Assembly: GCA_963711835.1 (NCBI GenBank)
Contig: CAVQFQ010000022.1
Coordinates: 1 to 64,000 of the forward strand
Source: an uncultured delta proteobacterium
GTDB taxonomy: Bacteria > Desulfobacterota > RBG-13-43-22
Direction: 5' to 3'
Length of the DNA stretch: 64,000 nt
The number at the start of each line of letters is the position of its first letter. Within the stretch, counting starts at the first letter, position 1. The notes under the pieces are model-generated. The model was not told where the DNA came from and searched no databases. It saw nothing but the letters and a program-made list of their open reading frames with translations. Below are positions 27,220 through 37,069 of the stretch, piece after piece. Position numbers and translations under genes: made by a program.

Positions 27220-27904
27220 TCATAAGCTCTTCCCGGCCGCGGAAGGTTGCTTCGAGAAGCACCCATTGGGCCGGCTTTCCCTGAAAAGAATGGACCAGGC
27301 GCATTCTCTTGGGCTCCAGGTGAAACCGACGGGAATGAACCAGAAGGCCGACTAATCTTCGGACCGGATAGATCATAAACAATTTGCCGCCTTCCTTAAG
27401 TCCATGGGCTGTTGCCTGAAAACACTGCTCCAGGGTGGCCAGAATTTCGTGGCGGGCGACGGCTTTTTGGGGGTGGGGATTAATCCGGCCGCTGTTCAAA
27501 GGACGATAGGGCGGATTCATAACTACGGCATCCAGGGTGCCGGCCTGGAAGAAAGAGGGGAGTTGCTTCAAATCGCCCCGGATGATAAAGACGCGACCTT
27601 GAAGGCCGTTGAGCCTGACATTACGGGAAGCCAGATCCGCTAAAGAAGGCTCCCATTCCAAGGCAAAAACGGTTGCCGAAGGGAATTTGCCGGCCAGTAA
27701 AAGGGCCAGGATCCCGCAGCCGGTGCCCAGATCCAGGACCCGGGCCCCTTGGCCTAAATGGGTAAAGGCGGATAAGATCAGGGAATCGAGCGAAAAGCGA
27801 TAGCCTTTTTTTTCTTGAATGATCTGAAAGGACCCCCGTTCCCAGGTGTCCAAGCTTTCGCCCTTTTTAACCGGCTCCGGGCTAATCGATCCGGATGGAA
27901 TCAT
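27089..27904 (-). CDS. tRNA1(Val) A37 N6-methyltransferase (TrmN6/YfiC-like)
   Basis: GYRFSLDS, LDLGTGCG, NPPY, ARHE, EPKRMRLVHS. Confidence 0.88.
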   Translation of the reverse strand: MIPSGSISPEPVKKGESLDTWERGSFQIIQEKKGYRFSLDSLILSAFTHLGQGARVLDLGTGCGILALLLAGKFPSATVFALEWEPSLADLASRNVRLNGLQGRVFIIRGDLKQLPSFFQAGTLDAVVMNPPYRPLNSGRINPHPQKAVARHEILATLEQCFQATAHGLKEGGKLFMIYPVRRLVGLLVHSRRFHLEPKRMRLVHSFQGKPAQWVLLEATFRGREELMITPPLIVYERIGVYSPELQKSFPLGKSSFSPGPTERAGGPRDS

Positions 27905-29237
27905 GGGGATCCAGTAAATTCATTACCAGACCGGTAAGGGTTTTCGGATAGAAGTAGGTGGATTTGCGGGGCATGACCAGCGAGGCCTCGGCAATCCGGC
28001 GGACCTGTTCAATGGGGGTCGGGTTGAGGAGGAAACTCATTTCACACTTCCCGGACTCAACTAACTTCAAAGCCTGCTGGACATCCTTGCAATATTCGAT
28101 GATATTTTCATGATCCAGTTCCTCCCGGCTGAGACCTAAAGCTTTCTGGAAAACGAATCGGCTCAATATCAAGACGTCCAGTTCGCGGAGCAGGGGATGT
28201 AAATCCTGCCCCCAGGGGCCTTCCAGACTTTCCTTCTTTAGGGTCAAGAGATAAAAACAGGGCGAGGAGGCAAGGATAAGTCCAAAGGTCGGGGCTTCCC
28301 CGCCCTTTTGTTTCAACCGGGAAAGCAGGTCCTGACTGCTTTGGGACTTGGTCTCCACGGTAAAAGGGATTTTCTCAATCAAGAAATCCTCCGAGACCTT
28401 TTTTTCGAATTGATCCCGGTCCATATCGACGGCCCTTTTAAAGGCCCGATGGACCGGAAAAATCGTCAATCCCGGATCTGTCATATTGCAGAGGAACATG
28501 AGGGTAAAATTGAAAGGGGAATTGGCGCGCCAGCGGGGATATTTTTTCTTCATCGCCCCTTGGTAGGCCAAGCCGGTTTCGTAGCGGTGATGGCCGTCGG
28601 CAATAAAAACATTTTTGTCTTTGAAAATATGCCGGACTTCCTTTAAGGTGGAAGGGTCGGTTACCCGCCAGACCTGGTGGCGGATCGAATCGGGATCATA
28701 AAAATCCATGAAGGGCTCATGGTCGGCCCGGCTTGAAAGAAGGGAAAGAACGGCGTTCTCCGGGTCGAGATAAAAAGAGAAAATAGGACAGAAATGCATT
28801 TGCGTTTGTTCCAGAAGGTGGTAACGGTCCTGCTTATGGGCCGAAAAGGTCTTTTCGTGCGGCCGCACCTGGCCGGTTTCAAAGGGCTCCAATCCTAATA
28901 ACGAAATAAAACCCGTTCGAATCCGGATCGCTTCTCCGGAAACCCGGTAATGAATTTTATATAGATAGATGGCGGGCTGTTCGTCCTGAACAAAGATCTT
29001 TTTTTCCTGCCAGATCCTCAGGATATGGGCAGCCCGGGTATAGCGATTGTCTTCGGGCGTATCGCTGGGGAAGGTAAGTCCATAATCCAGGCGGATGATG
29101 TTGTAGGGATGTTGGGTGTAATAAGCCGATTGTTGCTGGGGACTGATCACATCGTAAGGCGGGGCTACCAATTGAGACAGGTCGGAAGCCATTTTGGGAT
29201 TATAAAGGACCCCTTTAAAGGGAGCGATAATTGCCAT
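27882..29237 (-). CDS. DUF1015 family protein
   Basis: APPYDVIS, PHEKT, IADGHHRYET, MPRKSTYFYPK. Confidence 0.92.
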   Translation of the reverse strand: MAIIAPFKGVLYNPKMASDLSQLVAPPYDVISPQQQSAYYTQHPYNIIRLDYGLTFPSDTPEDNRYTRAAHILRIWQEKKIFVQDEQPAIYLYKIHYRVSGEAIRIRTGFISLLGLEPFETGQVRPHEKTFSAHKQDRYHLLEQTQMHFCPIFSFYLDPENAVLSLLSSRADHEPFMDFYDPDSIRHQVWRVTDPSTLKEVRHIFKDKNVFIADGHHRYETGLAYQGAMKKKYPRWRANSPFNFTLMFLCNMTDPGLTIFPVHRAFKRAVDMDRDQFEKKVSEDFLIEKIPFTVETKSQSSQDLLSRLKQKGGEAPTFGLILASSPCFYLLTLKKESLEGPWGQDLHPLLRELDVLILSRFVFQKALGLSREELDHENIIEYCKDVQQALKLVESGKCEMSFLLNPTPIEQVRRIAEASLVMPRKSTYFYPKTLTGLVMNLLDPHDSIRID

Positions 29238-29428
29238 TGAGAGTGCCCATCCTTATCCTAAATAAATCAAAACCGGAAAATTTTTATAACATGCTGCCTC
29301 CTCAGGGTAAAGAATTATTTGGTTTTACTGATCCGAAACGGGTGCGGATGATGACTTTTCGGGCACGAGACACCACATCCCGGCCAATTCACGACGGCCG
29401 GATGAATCGTTCAGGAGAGTGACGGCCA

Positions 29429-30853
29429 ATGAAGAAGTCTGAGCTCCATCGGACCATCGGTAAGATAATCCAGACCTATCGTCTTTTTGATCCCGGAGCC
29501 AAGATCCTTATTGGGGTATCCGGAGGTCCTGATTCCATGGCCCTGCTTTCTTTGCTGACGGAATTAAGGCCCGCCTGGAATCTAACTTTGACCGTCTGCT
29601 ACTGCCACCACGGTCTCAGGTCGGCGGCGGATGAGGAAGAGTCTTTTGTAGCGGATTGGGCCGGGCGCTTGGGGTGTGCCTTCGTCAGCCAAAAATTATC
29701 CCTCCCGCTCTTCCTGAAAAAGGGTGGCTGGTCGATTCAGGAAGCGGCCCGGCTTCTCCGCTATCAGGCCTTTCAGCATCAAAAGCAAAACCAGCAGGCC
29801 GACCGGGTGGCCTTAGGCCATACGGCCAATGATCTGGGGGAAGAAGTCCTGATCGGATTGATCCGGGGAGCGGGTTTAGGGGGGCTGGCCGGGATGCCAA
29901 TCCGGCGCGAGGCCTTTGTCCGCCCCTTGCTGAAAACCTACCGTGAGGAAATCCTCCACTACCTGAGCGAAAAAAGCATTCCTTTTAGAGAGGACGCCTC
30001 GAATCGGGATGGCCGTTATCTCCGGGCCCGTATCCGGCATCATCTTCTTCCGGAACTGACCCGCTATTCCCCCAATATAATGGCCCAACTGAATCGGACG
30101 GCCTGGATCCTTCAGGAAGATGAAGCCTTTCTTCAGCAGCGCGTGCACCAAGCGGAAAAAAAGATCGCCGTTTATAGGGGTCCGTCGGTCCGCTTTTTTC
30201 GAGAAAAGCTGGCCGCTCTTCCTCAGGCCATAAGCTCCCGTCTGATTCAGAAAGCCCTTTTACAGCTTAAGGGCAGTCTGAGAAAAATCAGCTCGGTTCA
30301 TCTTCTGGCCATAATTCAGGCCGCCGGAAGCAGCTCCCGGAAAGGGAGACTCCCGTTACCTTTGGGTTGGGAGGCCTGGTGGAATAAGGAGGAAATAGGT
30401 CTTCGACCCGTCACCTCGATTCCCCCGAGGGTCGGTTTGTTTTCTTATCGGCTTGAGCGGCCGGGAAAGATTCTTATTAAGGAGTCCAAGACCCTCCTAA
30501 TCTTTAAAAAAGTCGCAATTCTTCCGGGCCATTCTTTTAGAGATCAAAATCCATCCCGAGCCCGGGTGGACCTTCAGAAACTCTCCTGGCCGCTGCTGAT
30601 TCGCAACCTGGAGCCGGGAGACCGCTTCCAACCCTTAGGCCTGAAAGGCTCAAAAAAGGTCCATCGGTTTTTGATGGACCGGAAGGTTCCCGAGGCCCTT
30701 CGTTCCGCTATTCCCCTGATCCTTTCAGGGGGGCAGGTGGTCTGGGTAGCCGGAATGGCTATAGCCCAGCCTTTTGCCCTCGATCTCGGTTCGCGGGCGG
30801 CCCTGGAAATGGAATGCCGGATAACCGATCCAAATTTAATGGCCGAAAGCTGA
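29429..30853 (+). CDS. tilS: tRNA(Ile)-lysidine synthetase
   Basis: SGGPDS PP-loop, HHGLR, AARLLRY, RPLL, C-terminal GDRFQPLG..KK. Confidence 0.93.
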   Translation: MKKSELHRTIGKIIQTYRLFDPGAKILIGVSGGPDSMALLSLLTELRPAWNLTLTVCYCHHGLRSAADEEESFVADWAGRLGCAFVSQKLSLPLFLKKGGWSIQEAARLLRYQAFQHQKQNQQADRVALGHTANDLGEEVLIGLIRGAGLGGLAGMPIRREAFVRPLLKTYREEILHYLSEKSIPFREDASNRDGRYLRARIRHHLLPELTRYSPNIMAQLNRTAWILQEDEAFLQQRVHQAEKKIAVYRGPSVRFFREKLAALPQAISSRLIQKALLQLKGSLRKISSVHLLAIIQAAGSSSRKGRLPLPLGWEAWWNKEEIGLRPVTSIPPRVGLFSYRLERPGKILIKESKTLLIFKKVAILPGHSFRDQNPSRARVDLQKLSWPLLIRNLEPGDRFQPLGLKGSKKVHRFLMDRKVPEALRSAIPLILSGGQVVWVAGMAIAQPFALDLGSRAALEMECRITDPNLMAES

Positions 30854-30894
30854 ACTATTTGGTATAGTGCCCGGCAAGAGAGATCCAGACCTCT

Positions 30895-31098
30895 TTTTAG
30901 CCACAGACCCACACGGACAAATGCGGATCCCGCCAGCGGCGGGACTGGCGCGAGTAAGATACTTACTATTTTCATAGCTCTTGGCAAGGCACTGTTTTTA
31001 ACGCCCGACCTGCTTGCGCGCTGCGCGCAGGCAAGAGGGCCTGCCGGGAGCATGGCGGCAGGTCGCCGCCATGCTGTCTGTGTGTGTCGGTGGCAAAG
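30895..31098. repeat. Palindromic element family B, copy 3
   Basis: TTTTAGCCACAGACCCACACGGAC ... GTCTGTGTGTGTCGGTGGCAAA. Confidence 0.82.
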
Positions 31099-31154
31099 AT
31101 CTTTTCCGAATTTTTCGGGTTAGGTTACGGGAGAGGGATTCTTACCGTTTAAGC

Positions 31155-32598
31155 ATGAAACTACCCTTATTTTATCGATTGACCATCGGTTATGTAGTTA
31201 TCTTTCTTTTTATGGCCGCCGCCAGTTTTTACGCCATCCAAGTGCTCCTGCAGTTTAATCAGGTGGCGGCTATTCTGGACCAGGATAAAAAAATCAACGA
31301 ATTTCAAGGAAAACTTTCCGACCTGCTTCTTTCGGAAATCCAATTTGAGAAAAAATTTATTCTCATCAAGGACACCTCCCTCCGGGATCAATTTGTCCAG
31401 GCCCAAGAGGATTTCAAAAATAACCTATCTGAGCTGGCTTCCTTGGCCGGGGAAAATAAAGGAAAGCTGATCCTGGAACAAATCACGAGCCGGCATGACC
31501 GTTATGTGGCCCTTTTTTCCGAGGAGGTTGACCTTATCCATACGCGGCGCAGTTATCGGAAAGAAGACTATAATGCAATAAAGGAGGAGATGGTGCAGGG
31601 CATCATTGCCGGGCTGAAGGAATTGGCCGGGCATAGCCAGATTACAACCTACCAGCGGATCAAAGAATTAGGGGAAACGGGGCTGGAGGCCAGCCGGATG
31701 GACTTTATCATCAGTATGGCTTCTCTATTATTTTTAATCCTCTTCACCGTTTTCATGACCCGGAGCATCACCCGACCTTTGTCGGCCTTGACCGAGAAAA
31801 CCAAAAAGATTACCGGAGGGGACTTTAGCGGGGATCTGAAGATCACCTCCCCACCTGAGATCAAGGCCTTTGCCGATGCCTTTAATTCCATGTGCCTTCG
31901 ATTACAGGAAGTGGAAAAAATAAAAAGCGACTTTTTCTCCCTTATGTCTCATGAACTGCGGACTCCTTTGACCTCGATTAAGGAGGGAACCAACCTCTTG
32001 CTGGAAGGGATCGGAGGAGAAGTCAACGAAAAACAAAAAAAACTCCTGTCGATAATCTCCCAGGAGAGCAACCGTCTCATCCGATTGGTCAATTCCCTCT
32101 TGGACCTTTCTAAGATGGAAGCCGGTATGATGAAATATGCCAAGACCGGCACCAACCTGGGCCAGCTTATCCATCAAGCCGTCAAAGAGATTGACCCGCT
32201 TCGGGAATCCAAACAGATTACCTTGGACGTTAACCTGGAGGAACAAGTTCCCCAGATCAAGATCGACCGGGAGAGGATTCTCCAGGGGTTGCGAAATCTT
32301 CTCGGAAACGCCGTCAAGTTTACCCCCCCGGGAGGCCGGGTAACCGTGATTCTTGCAGGCCTTTGAAAAAGGGGTAAAGGTAGCGATTTCCGATACCGGC
32401 CCGGGGATCCCGAAGGATCTCTTACCCGCCATTTTTGAGAAGTTCCAACAGGCCAATCTCACCCAATCCAGCCAGATCAAAGGGACGGGCTTGGGTCTGG
32501 CCATAGTCAAACATATCATCACCAGTCATGGAGGAAGAATTTGGGTAGAAAGCGAACCGGGAAAAGGAAGCACCTTTACCTTTTTCTTGCCCTTTTAA
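31155..32598 (+). CDS. HAMP-domain sensor histidine kinase (GlrK-like), split by a +1 frameshift near 32350
   Basis: SHELRTPLT H-box and NAVKF N-box in the first ORF; DTGPGI and GTGLGL G-boxes continue in the next frame (32353-32598). Confidence 0.88.
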
Positions 32599-33380
32599 TC
32601 GTTCTCCCGGCCTCAGGGTGTGCTACCTTAGAGGAATGGGTCCGGCCGCAGGAGGCCAGGGAGCAACTCGCTGAAAGTCATGATCTGATAAGCCGGGGAG
32701 AGTTTGGGCATTTCTTTAATATCAACGAGAAAATCCTGGCTGAATTCCCCAAAAATCCGCCCGGGGACGAGGCCCTTTTTAATCTGGGACTCCTTTTCGC
32801 CCACCCCGACAACCCCAAAAAAGACTATAAAGTCTCCCGGGATTTTTTTAAATGGATCAGGAGAGATTTTCCCAATAGTCCTTTATCGGGAAAAGCAAGA
32901 ATCTGGGAGGGAACCCTTGGGGACCTTCTTGATCTGAAAAAACAACTTGGGGAGATGAAGGTTAAAACGGAGGCCGGAAGAAAAAAGCTTGAAAACCTGG
33001 AAGCACTTTTATTAAAACAGGAAGAAGCCAAAGCGGAAGTTAGGGCCCTTCGGGAACCGTTTCAACAGGGCTTGGCCCACCTGGCCAATGGAGATTATGA
33101 GGGAGCCATTGAAATAAACCAGAAGGTTTTAGCCCGCTACGGGCAGAAACCGCCCGGGGATGAGGCCCTTCATTATCTGGGTTTGATTTATAGCCATCCG
33201 GGAAATCCCAGAAAAGATTATAAAAAATCCGTCACTTTTTTCAAGAGGCTGATTAAGGAATTCCCTCAAAGCCCTTTCAGCGAAGAGGCTAAGATTTGGC
33301 TGGGAATCCTGGATGTCATTGAAAAAACCAAAGAGATCGATATTGAAATTCAACAAAAAAAGAAGCAATTGAAACGATAG
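32541..33380 (+). CDS. TPR-like lipoprotein with an internally duplicated module (QseG/YfhG-position gene)
   Basis: ASGC lipobox; PPGDEAL..LGL...HP.NP.KDYK occurs twice. Confidence 0.8.
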   Translation: MGRKRTGKRKHLYLFLALLIVLPASGCATLEEWVRPQEAREQLAESHDLISRGEFGHFFNINEKILAEFPKNPPGDEALFNLGLLFAHPDNPKKDYKVSRDFFKWIRRDFPNSPLSGKARIWEGTLGDLLDLKKQLGEMKVKTEAGRKKLENLEALLLKQEEAKAEVRALREPFQQGLAHLANGDYEGAIEINQKVLARYGQKPPGDEALHYLGLIYSHPGNPRKDYKKSVTFFKRLIKEFPQSPFSEEAKIWLGILDVIEKTKEIDIEIQQKKKQLKR

Positions 33381-33388
33381 GCAAGCGC

Positions 33389-34810
33389 ATGCCCTCAGAA
33401 AAAATATTGGTCGTCGATGATGATCTGAATCTCCTGGAACTGATTAAGATGAGACTGGAGTCTGCCGGCTATGAGGTCTTTGCCGCTTCCCGGGAGGAAG
33501 AAGCCCGGCAGGCTGCCCAAGGCCAGAATTTCGACCTGGCGGTCCTGGACCTTCAGTTGGACCATAAGGATGGAATCGCCTTGATGGAAGAGATTCATCT
33601 GCTGACCCCGACCCTGCCGGTGGTCATCCTGACCGCTTATGGGAGTATTGAAAGCGCCGTGGAAGCCATAAAACGGGGGGCCTATACCTACCTGACCAAA
33701 CCCTTTGATCCCCGGCAGATTCTGCTTGAAATCAGAAAGGCCATCGAAACCAGCAAGCTGGCTTCTGAAGTCAAACGGCTTAAAGTCCTTTTGGAGGAAC
33801 GCTATGACTTCAAAAACATCATCGCCAAAGGCAAGGCCATGCAGCAGGTTCTGGAACAGGTTTCCCTTATTGCCCGAACCGATTCTACGGTTTATATCTA
33901 CGGAGAAAGCGGAACCGGAAAGGAATTGATAGCCCGGGCCATTCATTTTGCCAGCCCCCGAAGGGATAAGCCCTTTGTTCCGATCAATTGTGCGGCCATC
34001 CCGGAAACCTTGCTTGAAAGCGAGCTTTTCGGTTATGAAAAAGGGGCCTTCACCGGCGCCGTGAAAAGCTCCAAAGGACTTTTTACCCAGGCCCACGGCG
34101 GGACTATTTTATTGGACGAAATCGGCGATATGCCCCTTTCCATCCAGGCCAAGCTTCTGCGGGTCCTCCAGGAACGTCAATTCAACCCCATTGGAAGCCA
34201 GAGCCCGATTGATGTCGATGTCAGGGTCCTGGTAGCCACCAATAAGGATCTGGAAGAAGAGGTCAGGGCCGGCAAATTCAGAGAAGACCTCTTTTTTCGT
34301 GTTCATGTGATCCCCATCCAGCTGCCCCCTTTGCGGGAACGGAAAGAAGATATTCCCCTTTTGGCAGACCACTTTGTCAAAAAAATCGCCCAGCACATGA
34401 AGAAAAAAATTTCCAGTATCGACCCCCAGGCCATGAAAAAACTTATGATTTACGATTGGCCGGGCAACGTCCGGGAGCTGGAAAACAGCATCGAATATGC
34501 CTGCGCCATGTCCCAACAAAACATACTCACCGAAGATATGATTTTACCTGCCAGGGGACCTCTTTTTGAATCAAAAAAACCAACGAAACGATCTCAAGCA
34601 GGCCTTCCCGCTGAAAACCTAACACCGCTAAAAGAGGCCAGGGGGGTATTTGAAAAAAACTACCTGAACCGGCTTCTGGAAGGTACCTCAGGAAATATCA
34701 CCAAGGCCGCCCAATTAGCCGGCTTATATCGGGCCGACCTGTATAACCTTCTTCGAAAATATGGAATCAGTCCGGGGCGATTTAAAGGCAATGCGGCGGC
34801 CAAATCATAG
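33389..34810 (+). CDS. sigma54-dependent response regulator (NtrC/GlrR family)
   Basis: Receiver domain, GESGTGKE, GAFTGA, WPGNVRELEN, Fis-type HTH. Confidence 0.95.
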   Translation: MPSEKILVVDDDLNLLELIKMRLESAGYEVFAASREEEARQAAQGQNFDLAVLDLQLDHKDGIALMEEIHLLTPTLPVVILTAYGSIESAVEAIKRGAYTYLTKPFDPRQILLEIRKAIETSKLASEVKRLKVLLEERYDFKNIIAKGKAMQQVLEQVSLIARTDSTVYIYGESGTGKELIARAIHFASPRRDKPFVPINCAAIPETLLESELFGYEKGAFTGAVKSSKGLFTQAHGGTILLDEIGDMPLSIQAKLLRVLQERQFNPIGSQSPIDVDVRVLVATNKDLEEEVRAGKFREDLFFRVHVIPIQLPPLRERKEDIPLLADHFVKKIAQHMKKKISSIDPQAMKKLMIYDWPGNVRELENSIEYACAMSQQNILTEDMILPARGPLFESKKPTKRSQAGLPAENLTPLKEARGVFEKNYLNRLLEGTSGNITKAAQLAGLYRADLYNLLRKYGISPGRFKGNAAAKS

Positions 34811-35194
34811 AGTTTGTCCCAAAGTTAGGTGATTTTTAAGCTATCCATACATAAAGGGTTTCGGGGGTCTTGATTTCAAGGATTGTCCGCCAAAACGCCG
34901 TCAGCCTGAACCCGGGCAGGAAGTTTATAATGGGGTTTAGAAACAGGCCAACACCAAGGCTATTTTTCGTCTGGGGTGAATACCCGGCTCCTAACCAACT
35001 TAGAAATTCGGGCCGGGTTCTTCGCATCCAAAACAATGCTCAGTCCCACTCCTGCGGAGTGGATCCCAGTTTGGGGCTACTGATACCCTTTCGGACAACC
35101 TTGAAATCAAGACCCCTGAAACCCTTTGGGGAATTTTAATATTTTAATAGGCTACCCCTTCGGTTTAAGAATCACTTAACTTTGGGACTGTCCC
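34810..35194. mobile_element. 385-bp MITE (IS1182/IS5-like ends), inverted relative to the 7601 copy
   Basis: GAGTTTGTCCCAAAGTTAGGTGATTTTTAA ... TTAAGAATCACTTAACTTTGGGACTGTCCC; TA on both flanks; no transposase ORF. Confidence 0.85.
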
Positions 35195-35482
35195 TAAATG
35201 TTGTTTTGTATGGTAAGGCCTTCAAAGGCCCCTGTTTAAATTGTTCCTTTAAATTAAAAGAGTTATATGAGGTAACCCTTCAGTTCCTGTAGGGAATTCA
35301 TACAGTTCTGGTTGTGTCTCAAAAATAAATTCCATTTAATTCCAGGATGTTATCATCAAGTTTTTGTTTTCCAAGGCCGCTTTTTGTTTGTAAGCAGCCG
35401 ACCGGGGGGCCTGATACCGCCTTATTGTTTGTAACAAATTGATATTTTTAATAATAAAATAATTAGGGGTCCTGTTCAGGTT

Positions 35483-35500
35483 TAGGCATTTTTTTTGCTA
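35483..35500 (+). promoter_or_regulatory. sigma54 promoter with upstream IHF-like site
   Basis: TAGGCATTTTTTTTGCTA (GG-N10-GC); TATCAA-TTTG-TTA on the minus strand at ~35432-35444. Confidence 0.6.
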
Positions 35501-35580
35501 TCTTGAAGGCTGGAAAGAACCAGGAATTCCAGGTGGGCAGGTATGATCATTCTCCAAGCGGCTCAAAAAATTTTATTAAA

Positions 35581-35979
35581 ATGACCGGCCAAGGTTCCAA
35601 ATATTATCAGAACTTCCGCCGGTTAGACTTATCGCAGCCCATCCTCCTATTAGCCCTAATAGGATTCTTCATCCTTTTTTTAACTATTTTTATACCGATC
35701 GATAAGGCCGCTGCAGTTCAAATTACGCTGGCTTGGGATGAAAACCAGGAAGCGGATCTGGCCGGCTATAAACTCTATATCGGCAATGCCCCGCGACACT
35801 ATCAAACCAGCATTAACCTCGGCAGGATAACCCAGTACACCCAAAATTTTGCCGATGGGACGGTTTATTATTTTACCCTGACGGCCTACAATCAGCAGGG
35901 CTATGAAAGCGCTTTTTCCAATGAGGTCAGGTTTCCCGGGTGGGGCTTTCAGGTCTTCCTGCCCATGATTCGGCGCTGA
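35581..35979 (+). CDS. Secreted fibronectin type III domain protein with C-terminal FLPMIRR tail
   Basis: ITLAWD..E.DLAGYKLYIG ... YYFTLTAYN..G.ES.FSNEV FN3 pattern; hydrophobic leader; start uncertain (35503 or 35581). Confidence 0.8.
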   Translation: MTGQGSKYYQNFRRLDLSQPILLLALIGFFILFLTIFIPIDKAAAVQITLAWDENQEADLAGYKLYIGNAPRHYQTSINLGRITQYTQNFADGTVYYFTLTAYNQQGYESAFSNEVRFPGWGFQVFLPMIRR

Positions 35980-35998
35980 AGAGGGTCCGCACTGTTTT

Positions 35999-36217
35999 CT
36001 AAGTCCATTTTTCTTTTTCTTCCTGCTTATCCGCGCTGCTGGATTCCTTCCAGAGCCAAATCACCAGACTGATCAGCCCCATCCAGGCCGATAGACCGGC
36101 AAACAGGGCCATAAAAATTCTAAACTTAAATTCCGTTCCTTTAATCCCCATGGTTATCAGTAAAAAAATCACCATACCCAACAGGATTAGACCCAGTTTT
36201 TTAAGCACCCGCTTCAT
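35999..36217 (-). CDS. Small two-TM membrane protein
   Basis: Two hydrophobic segments; purine-rich RBS before MKRVLKK. Confidence 0.6.
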   Translation of the reverse strand: MKRVLKKLGLILLGMVIFLLITMGIKGTEFKFRIFMALFAGLSAWMGLISLVIWLWKESSSADKQEEKEKWT

Positions 36218-36424
36218 GCCATCCCCTTTCTTCCAAACCAAACCTCGAAGTTGCATAAAAATTGATCGGTAGAGAGTTTTTTATCAATTTTGAACGATAC
36301 CAATCTGTTGCCCTTTCCAAAAGAGGTGGAGAAATTCTGTTTGACAGTTCTGAATATTAAAGCCTATATAGCATATAATTTTAAATGCTGCATCCGATTT
36401 AAAGGTGTTCAGGAAAGGGATGGT

Positions 36425-37069
36425 ATGATTGACCTGGCCAAAGCACGGGAAAAAATGGTCCGGGACCAGTTGGTTCCCCGGGGGATAAAAGATTCCCGCG
36501 TCTTGGCGGCTATGGGAAAAGTTCCCCGACACCTCTTTGTCGAGGAACCTCTCTGGGGGGAGGCCTACAGTGATTACCCCTTGCCGATCGGCGACGGGCA
36601 GACCATATCGCAACCCTATATTGTGGCCTTGATGACCGAGGCCTTAGGGCTTCAGGGCCAAGAAAAAGTTTTGGAGATCGGAACCGGTTCCGGGTATCAG
36701 ACGGCTGTCTTGGCTGAACTCTGTCAAAAGGTTTATTCCGTTGAACGACTCCGTAACCTGGTCCAGCGGGCCAGGAAGGTCCTCGACCAGCTTAATTATT
36801 TTAATGTCTTAATCAAGGTCTTTGACGGAACCCAAGGCTGGCCAGAGGAGGCCCCTTTTGAGACGATTATAGTGACGGCGGCTTCTCCCGGGATCCCGGA
36901 ACCTCTGCTTGAGCAATTGGCCGTCAATGGCCGAATGATCATCCCCGTCGGAGACAAATTTTCCCAGTCCTTAAAAAAAATTATGAGAACGGAAAAAGGC
37001 TTTCGGGAAGAAGATCTGGGCGGGGTCCGATTTGTCAGCCTGATCGGCCGCCATGGCTGGAGCGATTGA
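36425..37069 (+). CDS. pcm: Protein-L-isoaspartate O-methyltransferase
   Basis: VPRHLFV, GQTISQPYIVA, LEIGTGSGYQTA, VRFVSLIG. Confidence 0.95.
   Translation: MIDLAKAREKMVRDQLVPRGIKDSRVLAAMGKVPRHLFVEEPLWGEAYSDYPLPIGDGQTISQPYIVALMTEALGLQGQEKVLEIGTGSGYQTAVLAELCQKVYSVERLRNLVQRARKVLDQLNYFNVLIKVFDGTQGWPEEAPFETIIVTAASPGIPEPLLEQLAVNGRMIIPVGDKFSQSLKKIMRTEKGFREEDLGGVRFVSLIGRHGWSD

Noticed and set aside
31014-31154. 47-aa N-terminal extension of the histidine kinase in the ORF track
   Set aside because: Mostly translates the family B palindromic element; the real start is likely ATG 31155
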